Shown here in pieces: positions 1 through 11,000 of a stretch of DNA of 64,000 bases. A model generated the notes under the pieces. That model saw nothing but the letters and a program-made list of their open reading frames with translations, had not been told where the DNA came from and searched no databases. Source of the DNA: Candidatus Magasanikiibacteriota bacterium. GTDB lineage: Bacteria > Patescibacteriota > Patescibacteriia > Magasanikbacterales > GWA2-37-8. The DNA lies in assembly GCA_030650025.1 (NCBI GenBank), contig JAUSEN010000005.1:3631-67630 (forward strand), written 5' to 3'. Position numbers and translations under genes: made by a program. How positions within the stretch are numbered: position 1 is the first letter of the stretch; every line of letters begins with the position of its first letter.

Positions 1-1149
1 GAGAGGCTTGTATTGGTCGGGTTCAGTAGCAGGGGGTGGCTGGCAGGCCGCGAAAGCCGTACAATCTGAATCAGCACAATCGATTTTTGTATCCTGATCA
101 TCATCTACTCCATTGCCACAGATTTCTGGAGTAGCGCCTAAGAGCTGGCAGAAGGGGCTGGCGGCGCAATCAAGATCAGCGCAGTCATTCTGGCTGTCAG
201 CGTCATCGTCTTGGCCATTATTACAAATTTCGGAGGGCGGGGCGACGCAAAGCGGGCTCCCTACGCAAGCGGCGTCTAAACAATCTGTTTGGCCGTTGGC
301 GTTATCATCAACGCCATTATTACAAATTTCTACGCCCGGAGGTGGCAAGATAATGGCGTCCGCTACCGCGCCGGTACTATATAAAACAGAAGTATTATAA
401 GAAAATACCGTATAAAAATAATGGATATTTTTTAAGACGTTGCTGTCCACAAAAGATTGCCCGGCGCCGGTATAAACTACAGTGCCGTTTGGGTCGGTCA
501 CATTGGCGGCCGGCTGCCCAATCGTGCGTAAAATTTTGACTCCGGAAAAATCGGGGATATCGTTAGGATTCGGATTATTCCAATTAACATTAAAAGCTCC
601 CCCACTCTCCACCACTAAAACATTTTGAACATTAGGGGGCGGCACAGTGCTCTTCTTGGTAGTAAAAATACTGTCAGCGGTGGCGGCGCTATTGCCGGCG
701 GCATCAGTAGAAATTATTTTAAAATGGTAAGTGGTGTTAGGGAGTAGGCTGAATAAAAAAATACCAGGCGCTCTTGAGAAAGCTCCGTCCAAGGCAGTAC
801 TGCCATACCCAGCCGTTAATCCATAATTTATTTGGCTGGAGGCAGGTTCGCTGTTTAACCAAGCGAGGCTCGAGGTAGTGATGCCAACGGTGACACTGAT
901 ATTAGATATAACGGGCGGGGTGCTATCAGGAGAACTCGTCGGGGATTTGTTGGTATCATCAGGTGGGGGTGGGGGTGGGGGTGGCGGAGGTGGAGGAGAG
1001 CCACCTCCGCCGCCAACTTGATTCACAATGCTAGCCGTAACGCCTATGGCTCCGGATTCTGTGATGGCTTCGGCTCTGGCTGATAATAAAAACTCTAACC
1101 CGATAAGCAGAGAGACAAACAATAAAATTAAGGAGAATTTGCGTTGCAT
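1..1149 (-). CDS. Secreted/surface protein (runs off window edge): signal peptide, poly-Pro linker, fibronectin-III-like domains, Cys/Asp-rich repeats
   Basis: Absent from ORF track. ATG at 1149 (MQRKFSLILLFVSLLIG). Three repeats of the type EICNNGxDDxxxGxxDCxDxxC at about 60-330. Confidence 0.85.
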   Translation of the reverse strand, partial: MQRKFSLILLFVSLLIGLEFLLSARAEAITESGAIGVTASIVNQVGGGGGSPPPPPPPPPPPPDDTNKSPTSSPDSTPPVISNISVTVGITTSSLAWLNSEPASSQINYGLTAGYGSTALDGAFSRAPGIFLFSLLPNTTYHFKIISTDAAGNSAATADSIFTTKKSTVPPPNVQNVLVVESGGAFNVNWNNPNPNDIPDFSGVKILRTIGQPAANVTDPNGTVVYTGAGQSFVDSNVLKNIHYFYTVFSYNTSVLYSTGAVADAIILPPPGVEICNNGVDDNANGQTDCLDAACVGSPLCVAPPSEICNNGQDDDADSQNDCADLDCAASPFCQLLGATPEICGNGVDDDQDTKIDCADSDCTAFAACQPPPATEPDQYKPL

Positions 1150-1153
1150 ATAA

Positions 1154-2074
1154 CTAATTAAGACGCCGAGCCAGGCGCTTGGTTCGAAATAATAATCCTG
1201 TGACTAGGAGGAGCCCAGCGCCAACTAAAACCACCAACCATTTGGGGGTATAGAATATGGCAGAGTTTTTGACGATAACACTTTGGCTTTGGCCATACTG
1301 CACAAAAAAACGCGCCGAATAAAATCCCGGCCAGCGAGCGCCTTCTAAAGAGAGGGGCACGGAAATTTGGCGCCACGCGCCCGGGATTAGATTATTACCA
1401 AGAGTAAGCGGCGCCGAGTAAATTTTTTTATTATTAGCAGTAGTAACTTCGATTTTACCAGTAAGAGGCACGGGAATAGTGCCAATATTATTAATAGCCA
1501 CGGGCCAAGCACGCGAAACTTTCCAGGGGTATATGGGCGTGGCACTACCGGGCGAAACCGCGAGCTCCTCCCGAACTAAACCAGCTACTTGAATATAAAT
1601 AATACTGACCAGGCGGCCGCTTAAACCAACCGCGCTTTGAGGGGTAGCCGCCTCGTTGATAGCCAACCCAACATAATGAGCGCTCGGCACGGCGTCTTGG
1701 GGCACGGAAATAACATAGGGCACGTCTCTAACCTCACCGGGGAGAATAGTGGCCGTCTCGACGTCTAGTTTTACCCAACTCTCCGCGATATCAAAACCCA
1801 CGCCAAATTCGGGGGCGCCATTTTGGCCAAGGCGTGCCCCTAAAACCGAAATAGCAAATTTTTTTGTGACCGGGCTGTCGTTATGAATGGTAATAGTATT
1901 GCTCGCTTGAGAACTCGGATCAATAAAAAAAGTGGCTTTGGCCGGGCTCAAACTCAACGCGGAAGCATGGCTCGGAATGAGGCTGGCAGAGGCGAGAAAT
2001 GAAAAAACCAAAAATAACGCCGTATAGATAACAGAGCTAAAAATTATTTTAAATATGCTTGGTGAATTTATCAT
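1154..2074 (-). CDS. DUF916/WxL-interacting-like exported protein with C-terminal membrane anchor
   Basis: Signal peptide, LSLSPAK..., SWVKL, 'ISVPQDAVPSAHYVGL', C-terminal TM helix followed by basic tail. Confidence 0.6.
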   Translation of the reverse strand: MINSPSIFKIIFSSVIYTALFLVFSFLASASLIPSHASALSLSPAKATFFIDPSSQASNTITIHNDSPVTKKFAISVLGARLGQNGAPEFGVGFDIAESWVKLDVETATILPGEVRDVPYVISVPQDAVPSAHYVGLAINEAATPQSAVGLSGRLVSIIYIQVAGLVREELAVSPGSATPIYPWKVSRAWPVAINNIGTIPVPLTGKIEVTTANNKKIYSAPLTLGNNLIPGAWRQISVPLSLEGARWPGFYSARFFVQYGQSQSVIVKNSAIFYTPKWLVVLVGAGLLLVTGLLFRTKRLARRLN

Positions 2075-2080
2075 AACAAG

Positions 2081-2725
2081 CTAAAAATTAGCCGAAGCGG
2101 TTAAAGTAACAACGTGGCTAAATGTAGAATCGGAGTCGCCAGAGGCCCGAGAGGCTTTAAAGTTTAAAATCACACTGTCATTGGCTATGGCAGAGGTCGA
2201 AGAAGCAACGAGCTGACCAGCTACTACCGCGCGATCATCTGAAAAAGCGGCGTGAGGCCCAGTGATGGAAAAACCATATTCCTGAACACCGGGGGAGACA
2301 GAGCCGTCCGCTACCGCTGTTGGCATTGTTCCAGAGACTCCGCCAATCGTCAGCGCATAACCATCGACAACATCGCTGGTAACAGACACGGTGGTCTCTT
2401 TAATACTAACAATCGTGTAACTTAACTGCCCTAAATTGATCGCGTTGTTACTGATGGTCAAAGTCAGGCTGCCCCGTTCCATAGCCTGATAGCCGCCGCG
2501 CACTTCGTAGCTAGTACTGGTAGTAAAACCAACGGGCGATTCTCCCGTGGTGTCTTCTATAGAATACGAAGCGCTTTGTGAGAGGATGCCGCCATTAACA
2601 CCAACAGAATCCGCGAAAATAAAATAATTAGTAGACGACATCGCGGCCAGAGCCACAAGAGGCGCGGCGAAACCAGCTATGAAGCCAGCCAAGGTTAAAA
2701 TAAATTTTATTTTCTGGTGAATCAT
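2081..2725 (-). CDS. Secreted beta-rich protein (CPR-type 'MSSTNY' surface protein)
   Basis: Signal peptide after ATG 2725; C-terminal VTLTASANF resembles WxL-like ends; operonic spacing. Confidence 0.7.
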   Translation of the reverse strand: MIHQKIKFILTLAGFIAGFAAPLVALAAMSSTNYFIFADSVGVNGGILSQSASYSIEDTTGESPVGFTTSTSYEVRGGYQAMERGSLTLTISNNAINLGQLSYTIVSIKETTVSVTSDVVDGYALTIGGVSGTMPTAVADGSVSPGVQEYGFSITGPHAAFSDDRAVVAGQLVASSTSAIANDSVILNFKASRASGDSDSTFSHVVTLTASANF

Positions 2726-2729
2726 ATTT

Positions 2730-5042
2730 TTAAGGGGTGCTGGTGGCCGGGAGCGCGGGGCCGCCAACTAAGGAATTAATTTTGGTAATAACATCTTGAT
2801 TCTGGGGATTCAACTTCTTTACCTGGTAGTAATACTCGAGCGCTCTGGCTTTGGCGCCGCGGGATTCGCTTAAAAGCCCGAGGCTGTAAAGAGCGTTAGA
2901 ATTGTCCGCCTGCAGAGCTAAAACCTGCTGCCATAATTTTTCGGCATTGTCTCTGTCTCCATTCTTAGCGCGGTTATATAAAAGGCGTCCAAAATTGTAT
3001 AAAATATCCACGTCGTTTGGCAGTAGCGCATACACGGTTTGGTAGGTGGTAATAGCTTTATCTAAATTATTAGCCTGCTCATAAGCAACCGAGAGGCCTA
3101 CATAAGCAGGAGCGTAATCCTTTTTTAAATTAATGGCTTCTTGAAACAATTTTGTAGCGTTACTCCACTCGGAGGCCAGGGCATAATTGTTACCTAGGCG
3201 CCAGGCTAAAAATGGGTTGGTCGGTTCTAGGTCGCGGGCCTCAATAAGAGTATTAATCGCCAAAGAGCGCGCGCCCGGGACAAATAGCGCGGCGTTTTCA
3301 TACATCACAGTTAAGTTTTCCCAAAGAGCCACTGTCCGCGGACTCAAGGCAGTGGCGAAACGGGCAGTGACCACAGCCTGGCCGAGTAACTTACCGACTT
3401 TCTCTAAATCTGGCTTGGCAACGCGGCTCTCAACTATGGCCTGAAGCAAATAAGCTTGGGCTAACCCCGTGTGATAAGCGGCATAATTGCCGCGATAGCT
3501 AATGGCAGTTTTAACTTCTTCCTCGGCGATTTTATAGTCCTGGCTCGCTAACGCCTTAGTATAATGCCGTTCGGCAAAATAGAGGCGAAGGCCGTAAATA
3601 CCGCTAATTATCACCGCGCAGAGCACTACTATCATAACAAATGAAAACATTAAGCGATACTGGGGAGTGTCGGCAATAGCAAACTCATGGCCGCGCAGGG
3701 GCTCACCACCGGAGAGGGCGATGCCAATTGCCGTAAGAGCCAGGAGTACAAACCATAACCACCATAGCACCACGCCAAAAAATGTTACCAATAAACTGAC
3801 TGATAAAACAATCCAGGCTAAAGCTACTAAAAACACATCGAGCTGACTGCTAGGCTCTAAAATACTGCCACCGTCAGAACCCGGAAGTTCGCGGGTGGCT
3901 TTTTTAAGCTGGCGGAAACGAGCCGCTATATGCCCCAAAACCAACAAAATTATAATTAAAAGCGGAAACAAGGTAAGCACGCCACCCTCGGCCAAAATAG
4001 CGACTAGGCTACTTTGCGGACGGTGAAAACGCAATGACCAGGCAAGAGCGTCGTTATTAACGCTAACATCGCGAAACTGAGAAAAATCGATGCCAAAAGT
4101 TCCGAGGCCACTGCCGAGTAAAAAATTCTTCACTCCAAACAGCACGGTGTCGCGGGCAATCAACCAAGAAGATGCGCCATTCAACACAACCTCGGAGGGA
4201 ACAATGTTTTGAAAATTTTTCGGCGGCCCAAAGGCCAAAAGGAGCGCGGTGATTAGAAACAAAATAAACAGGACTGATAACCAACCAACGCGGCTAACCT
4301 TGATGAGAGTGATGCCGAGCGCAAGCAACAGAGCCAGAGCCAAGAGCAGTAACCACCAAATTATGGTAAAACCGAGAAGTACCAAACTGACAAAAGTGAG
4401 GAGGGCGATGAAGAAATATATCAATAACCAGGCGGCGGGCAAGGAACGGCTAATTAATTTGCCGGCCGCTAAAACAAAGATTACGATGAGCCAAACGCCA
4501 AAGGCACTATTCGCGATATCAACCGGGTTTAGCGCCGAGCCAACTAAGTAATTTAAGACGTCCCAATGCCACACGGCCTTAAGGATAAACACCAGGGCAC
4601 TGGTGCCACCGACTAAAACGATAGCGTGGACTAAAGATTCCCACCGCCTCACAGTCGAGATGGTATTAAGGCAGACAAAATACCAAATGACTGAAGAAAG
4701 AAGGAGAGCAAAACTAATAACTAAATAACTGTTGTTACCCCAAAAACTGTCGCCTCGAGCCACGGACCAAAGAGCGGATAAAAAGGCGGCAACCAACAAG
4801 CCCAGCAGGGGGAAGTCGAGAAACGAACGAACCAAAATTATTTTTTTGGAAAAAACTATTTTAACAGCAAAAACTAACAGGGCCAAAAGGCAGAGGCCCG
4901 CGCTTACTAATAACTTGCTAAGGGCAAAACTGTTAGTGACGCTGTTATCAACCGCCCAGGGCACGAGTATGGCCGCGGCGATTAAAAGGCCAAAGGTGAT
5001 CGCGTCAATTACGCGAGTGGCGTGATGGTGGATACTGAACAT
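2730..5042 (-). CDS. O-antigen ligase-like polytopic membrane protein with C-terminal TPR repeats
   Basis: About 14 TM segments, LLGSGLGTF motif, TPR-like helices after ~aa 490. Confidence 0.8.
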   Translation of the reverse strand: MFSIHHHATRVIDAITFGLLIAAAILVPWAVDNSVTNSFALSKLLVSAGLCLLALLVFAVKIVFSKKIILVRSFLDFPLLGLLVAAFLSALWSVARGDSFWGNNSYLVISFALLLSSVIWYFVCLNTISTVRRWESLVHAIVLVGGTSALVFILKAVWHWDVLNYLVGSALNPVDIANSAFGVWLIVIFVLAAGKLISRSLPAAWLLIYFFIALLTFVSLVLLGFTIIWWLLLLALALLLALGITLIKVSRVGWLSVLFILFLITALLLAFGPPKNFQNIVPSEVVLNGASSWLIARDTVLFGVKNFLLGSGLGTFGIDFSQFRDVSVNNDALAWSLRFHRPQSSLVAILAEGGVLTLFPLLIIILLVLGHIAARFRQLKKATRELPGSDGGSILEPSSQLDVFLVALAWIVLSVSLLVTFFGVVLWWLWFVLLALTAIGIALSGGEPLRGHEFAIADTPQYRLMFSFVMIVVLCAVIISGIYGLRLYFAERHYTKALASQDYKIAEEEVKTAISYRGNYAAYHTGLAQAYLLQAIVESRVAKPDLEKVGKLLGQAVVTARFATALSPRTVALWENLTVMYENAALFVPGARSLAINTLIEARDLEPTNPFLAWRLGNNYALASEWSNATKLFQEAINLKKDYAPAYVGLSVAYEQANNLDKAITTYQTVYALLPNDVDILYNFGRLLYNRAKNGDRDNAEKLWQQVLALQADNSNALYSLGLLSESRGAKARALEYYYQVKKLNPQNQDVITKINSLVGGPALPATSTP

Positions 5043-5072
5043 GCACTAAAATTAAAGGTAATTAAAAAAATT

Positions 5073-8000
5073 TTATTCAGGAGCCGGTGCCAAGGTTGGG
5101 CTAGGGGTGGGTTCGGCGGGCGGCAAACTAATGGCTTCAACAATCGAAGCGGCTATTGGCTCGGCAGGAGCCGGAGCCGCGGCCTCCTCTGGCGCTATTA
5201 CCGGTTCGGTTGGTTCAGGCGGCAAAGAGGGCGCGGTAGGAGCCGGCGCCGCAGTATCGGTAACAATGATTACGGTTTCAGTGGTGGTGGCGACATTGGG
5301 GGAATCCAAATCAACACTAGGGTCAGCGGTCGTCGGAGCGGGTTGGCTGTCCAAAACAGGAGCCGGAGCCGGAGAAGATGGCGGTAAAGTAACCAGAGGG
5401 TCAAGAACAGCAGGCGAGAGCGCGGAATTATTTAAAAGATCTTTTAATTTACTTTCATCAACACAAGTGTCGCCCACACACAAAATTTGCGTATGGATTT
5501 TATCCGCGAAAAATTCTTTAACCCGCAATACGCCTTGTTCAATTTCAATGCCAAACTGCTTCAGCCACTGTAAAATTGTGCCCCAAAAACCGTCTGTGCG
5601 CGGAGGAGTGTTGGTGGCCTCTAATACTCCGTTCGGAAAGGCCCAACTGTTATTTACAAAAGCCAAGATAGTGCCATCTTCGAAGGAAGTCTCGCTCGGG
5701 TAATCTTCAGCCGCGATCGCAATGGTCGGCCCAGGCTCGGAAGCTTTTTGCGCAAAACCTGGGATGTCTGATGTGGTGAGCCTGTCACCAGCGCGAATTA
5801 CTTTATTTGCCGCCAAAATCTTGAGCGGCACTCGGCCGGCGAGCGCTACTTTACGCGTTGTGGACGAATCTAGCCCGCCTAAAGTGAAACCGGGATTGGC
5901 AGAAACAATGCCGATGGCTTTGGGGCTGTAGGCAGTACCGCATTTTTCTATTCTGGCCGGGAGGCCGCCGGTTAAACAAACCGCGTCGCCTGGCTCGGGA
6001 CAAGAATTAGTCTCATAGCAAGCCATACTAATCGGGTACAATTCAGCAAGATCTAGACTGGCTGAAGCCGTAATAAAACCGCTGGCTTGAATATACCCTC
6101 TGACTCCAAGGCCAGGGGAAGTATCAGCACCGCCATCAACATATACCTGGAAGGTGGTGGTAGGCAGAGTGGTAGTGCCAAAGAGTGAACGACCGCCGAC
6201 GACGGCGAAGGTGTTGGCGGCGGAAAGAGAATAGACCGTGGAACTAACGCCGATGCCAAATGAATTTTCTCCTGATACAGTAATACGGTTGCCAAGCGCC
6301 ATTGAACCAGTAGCACTGGCAGTAAGGTTTGTCCCTAAACCCACGCTGTTTACTCCGCTCGCGGTAACGGCATAGCCAATCGCCGTCGCTACAGTGTTGT
6401 TGGCGAAAGTCAATGCTCCTATGGCCACGCTTGAAATCCCGCTCGCAGTGGAAGAAGATCCAATCACCACTGCCGAATTGCCGCTGGCCAGTGTATTATA
6501 ACCTAGGGCAGTGGAAGACGCCCCAATATTACCATCGTCCCATTGATCCCCGGTGACTTGGCCAGCGCGAAAAGCGGCTTTGGCTGGAATCCACATGAGG
6601 CGGGTGCCGATGCCGCTCCCCGGAGTAGCGCCCGTAGTGCCGCTCGCCATAATGGCGCCATCAATAACTTCTAATTTCGCGGCCGGGGTACTAGAAGTCC
6701 CGCCGATGGTGACACTGCCATCAAAGCGAGAGGTGTCAGCATCAACCCAAAACGCGTAAGGGCCGTTGGTAAAAGTAACATTAGCAATATTGCTAGGAGC
6801 GCCGAGAATGTACGCAGAGGCTACATTCGTGATTGTTCTGGTGCTTGAGGCTGCCAGCCCTACAGAAGCAATATACAGAGGAAAGAAGCCGGTGAGAGTT
6901 GAGGTTTGGTTGCCAAGATTAATGCTTGACGCCCCGGGGGCAACTACCGCCAACCCAATGCGTAGGTCGGCCGCGCCTTTGCCAGCGGCAATACCAGGAG
7001 GCACGATGGCCGCGCCGATAGCAGCTTCAGCCGCCGAATTATCCCCACTAGAATTAATACCGAGGGTATACGCCAGTGTCAAAGTGGCAAAAGAGCCAAC
7101 CACCGGGGAGCGATCAACAGCAAAAGTGGCGGCTTCGGAAATAGTGGAAGAAGCGGTGAACGAATAAGTGGGGGCGCGCAACAAAGCGGCGCGTTGCAAA
7201 GCAACATTCCCGGCGGCCCACTGCAGGGTGCGATTAAAAGCCAGATCAAGATCAATTACTTCGGCGGTGGCAGTAAGGCTGGTATGGGCGCCGCCAATAA
7301 CAGTCAGAGCGGTACTGGTGCCAGAAGTACGAGCGGCTTGCGTAAGAATAGCGGCGGAATCGGTTATGCTGAAACGCTCGGCGCCATTGGTGGTAATTCC
7401 GACTGCAGTAGCAGAGGGGAAATAAATGCCCGTATCAGTATCAGTGGCGTTGCGCATTACCGGGGATGAAACCAGCCCTAATGAGCTAAAAATCAAGGTG
7501 CCAATATTAGCAGTGGTAATGGTAGAACTAGCTTGAGTGGTGGTGGTAAAAGTCGTAGTGGCCGTAAACGTCGTGGTATTGGAAAAAGTATTAAGTCCGG
7601 TAAATGTCTGGTCAATGGCAAGACCCGCCAAAGTGGCCGAGACAGTGGGTAGCGTCATGGTGGTGCTGTCTGTCCCGGTGAAAGCAATGGAGTTGTTGGC
7701 AGTCAAAGTTTTGCCGGCCGCGATGGTTAAGACATTAGTGCCGTTGTTCGTGATGGTGAGGCCGTTGAAGGTGGTGCCTAAGATGGTGGTGCCATTAAGA
7801 GTGGAAATATTGGCCGTGGTGATGGTCGAAGAAGAAAAAGTCGAAGTGCGGAAAGTGGTGGTGGCCGTGAAGGTGGTGGTATTGGAAAAAGTGTTGAGTC
7901 CCGAGAGCGTGTTGTTGCCCGTGAAAGTCTGGTTGGCGTCTAAAAGCGCGATGTTCGCGGTGTCTGATAAATCAGCCGACGCCAAACCTGTGACTGTGGC

Positions 8001-11000
8001 CGAACCAAAGTCAGCCAGGGTGGTGATGTGGAGGTTGGTGATGGTAGAACTGGCTTGAGTGGTGGTGGTGAACGTCGAAGTAGCGGAAACCCCAAGCGTC
8101 CCCTGAATATCAAGAGCATAGGCCGGGGTAGAGCTAGCGCCAATCACTAAACTGCCGCGTACATATGAATTGCCTGTGCCAATGCCAGCTGTCCATTGAG
8201 TACCACCAACGCCAGGCGCGTCAATCAAGAAGCCATAGCTGGTACCGATAAAACCACCGGAAGAAGTTATGGCGGGAATATATAAACCAGCCATCTGGGT
8301 GCTGGTTCCGGCGGAAATAATTTCTTGCGCGCGCAACGCGTAACTGCTGGTAACAGTGCCGCCGGATATATTTACCGTACCTCTTAACCCCTCAAGACTG
8401 CCAATCAATGAAGCAACATCTCCGGCCGAGGCAGCTGTCCCTCGCGACCCGATCAAACTGCCAGACAATTCAACTGCCCCCAAACCAGCCGTGGTTAAAT
8501 TAGAAGAATCAGCAATATAGGAGCCGCTATTAGCCGCTGAATTTACTGTGACCGTATTAGAAATACCTGGAACATTTGTGCCGCCAGTTAAGGCAGTCGT
8601 TGTCGCGATACGAAAAATAGCGGAAGTAAGAGGGGCTGTCCCTAAGCCTAGAGCTCCGTTTATTTGTTCATTCCCTGTTACTACAAACGTGGTCGCTGTG
8701 GCATTAGTTAATATGGTGTTGGTACCCGTGGCGTTGGTCCAAGTGAGGTCAGTGGGAGTTAAACTTGAAATATTAAGAGTAGTAATGTTCGCGGTGGTAA
8801 TAGTTGAACTAACCTGGGTGGTGGTGGTGAACGTCGAAGTAGCGGAAACCCCAAGCGTCCCCTGAATATCAAGAGCATAGGCCGGGGTAGAGCTAGCGCC
8901 AATCACTAAACTGCCGCGTACATATGAATTGCCTGTGCCAACCCCGAGTGTCCACTTGGTAGTGCCGGTAGCCGGAGCCTCAATACGTGCCCCATAGACG
9001 TTAGCGATGGTGCCGGCCGTAGCGCTAATTGGCGCTATATATAAACCATAGGCATTAATATGCGTGCCGCCAGACGATGAAATTGAACCATTCAGAGCTA
9101 TGGATGTTGTTACTGCCCCGCCAGACAAACTAACTTGACCTAAAATCCCGGTCGCATCATTTACCGAAGCTCCCAGGGTGGAAACATACGCATTGACACC
9201 GATAAGACTTGATACGCTGCCAGTAGATGGGGCCTGGGCAATAAATTGTCCGCCTGTAAATCCTCCCGTGTAGGTGGCGCCGTCGCTAACCCGGCCAACT
9301 TGCATAAAAAGTCCTGTTAAACTGTTTGCTATTGTACCGCTACCGTCAGTTAACTGGTAAACTACCATGCCATAGTCATCTCCGGACGTTAATACAGGCG
9401 TAGTATTAATATACAAATCGGAAATTGCTTCAAAACCATCTGGGTTCGCCACTACATCGCTGCCAATAGTAATATTCGTTGAGCTGATGTTCATAAATGG
9501 CACACCATTCGCAGAAAAACGAAATCCATTATTAACTGCCGGGACGTTAAATTGTAAATTACCATCAGTGTTGCGCCCAATTTGATAACGAGAGCCGGTA
9601 AGTGCCCGGCCGGTGGTAAAATCAAGCAGAGCGTCTGATGTAAAACTAGTTCCTGAAACATGGAGGCGAGTGGAAGTGGCGTTGGTGAGAATAAGGTTGG
9701 TTCCGGTGGCATTTGTCCAGGTGAGGCTGGTGGGGTTGAGCGCGGAAATATTCAAAGTGGTGATGTTGGCGGTCGTAATGGTACTTGAAGTTTGGGTGGT
9801 GGTGGTGAAGGCAATATTGCCGCCTCCGAAAGAAGTGATGGTTTGGTCGCCCGCCGCCGTAAGATTGAAGTCAAGGCCACGCACGTTGGTGCTGTCGGCA
9901 AAACGAAGATTATTTGCCGCGTTAGCGTAAATATTGGCGCTTCCTCCCATTCGGATTGCATTGCTTACCCCAACTCCACTTAAATTTATAGCGCGTGTCG
10001 TAGTGGCGTTAGCGGATTGTGTATCTATATGTATTCCATAACTTGTTGCGCCACCAACAGTTGATAGATTGAATATTTGCAACCCAGCAGTGTTAGTAAA
10101 TATCCCAGCTCCAGTTTGGTTTTGAACCACCAGGTTATATCCATTTGTAATCGTCCCAGCCGTAGGCACTAAATTGAACGCGCCAGCCACCATAGTTGTT
10201 AATGTTGTGGCGGCAGTCGCTTTTCTGGCATAAACATCAAGACTATAAAGAGATGCGGCCGCTCCGTTTTGCTGAGCATTTATTCTGACAGCATTATGTG
10301 ATTCGTCTTCTGCTGAATAAATTGGGCTAATATCAACAGCCGTATGTGTTCCACCTGGCGAGAAGGTTTGATTTTGCAAGGTAATACCAGTGGCAATAGC
10401 ATCGGTTGAAAGAATCCGATTTACCAAAAGAGGTTTAGAGGCAGTAATAGTCGTAGTGGCCAGGGTGGAAGTGCTAGAAACGCCAAGCGTCCCCTGGACA
10501 TCTAGCGTGTAACCAGGGGAAGCAGTACCGATACCAACTGTGCCACTAGCTGTGATTATCATTCGGCGAATGTCGTTGGTATATATATCAACTGTAGAAC
10601 TAGGAGCATTAGAGTTGGCTTTAAGCTCTAAAGCGTTCGCACCAGAATCCCAAGCCACATTAGCGGCAAATGGGATACTGGGGGTGCCCAGAGTTAAAAT
10701 GGCATAGGTGGGATCATTGATGCGAACGCGCGTACCGGCACCGCCGCCATTTCCCCAAATATCCAAACTATATCCTGGTGTGGTAGTCCCGATTCCAACT
10801 TTGCCACTACTTCCCCAGACTCCACCAATCCCCCAAATTCCACTACCGGGAAAAGTTGAGGTGCCAGTGATAGCGAGCCCAGTCGATGTGACATTCCTCA
10901 AACTAAAATTTCCACTACTGTCTGATATGGGTATGTAGGTAGAAGTCGAAGCTGAACTCGTGGCCGCCACTCCATCTAGATATTTTGAATTGAATGAAAA

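Noticed and set aside
5022-10938. Many plus-strand ORFs opposite the giant surface gene
   Set aside because: Antisense shadows of Thr-rich codons; the same applies to shadow ORFs over polA, hppA, dnaA, nrdAB and ahcY.
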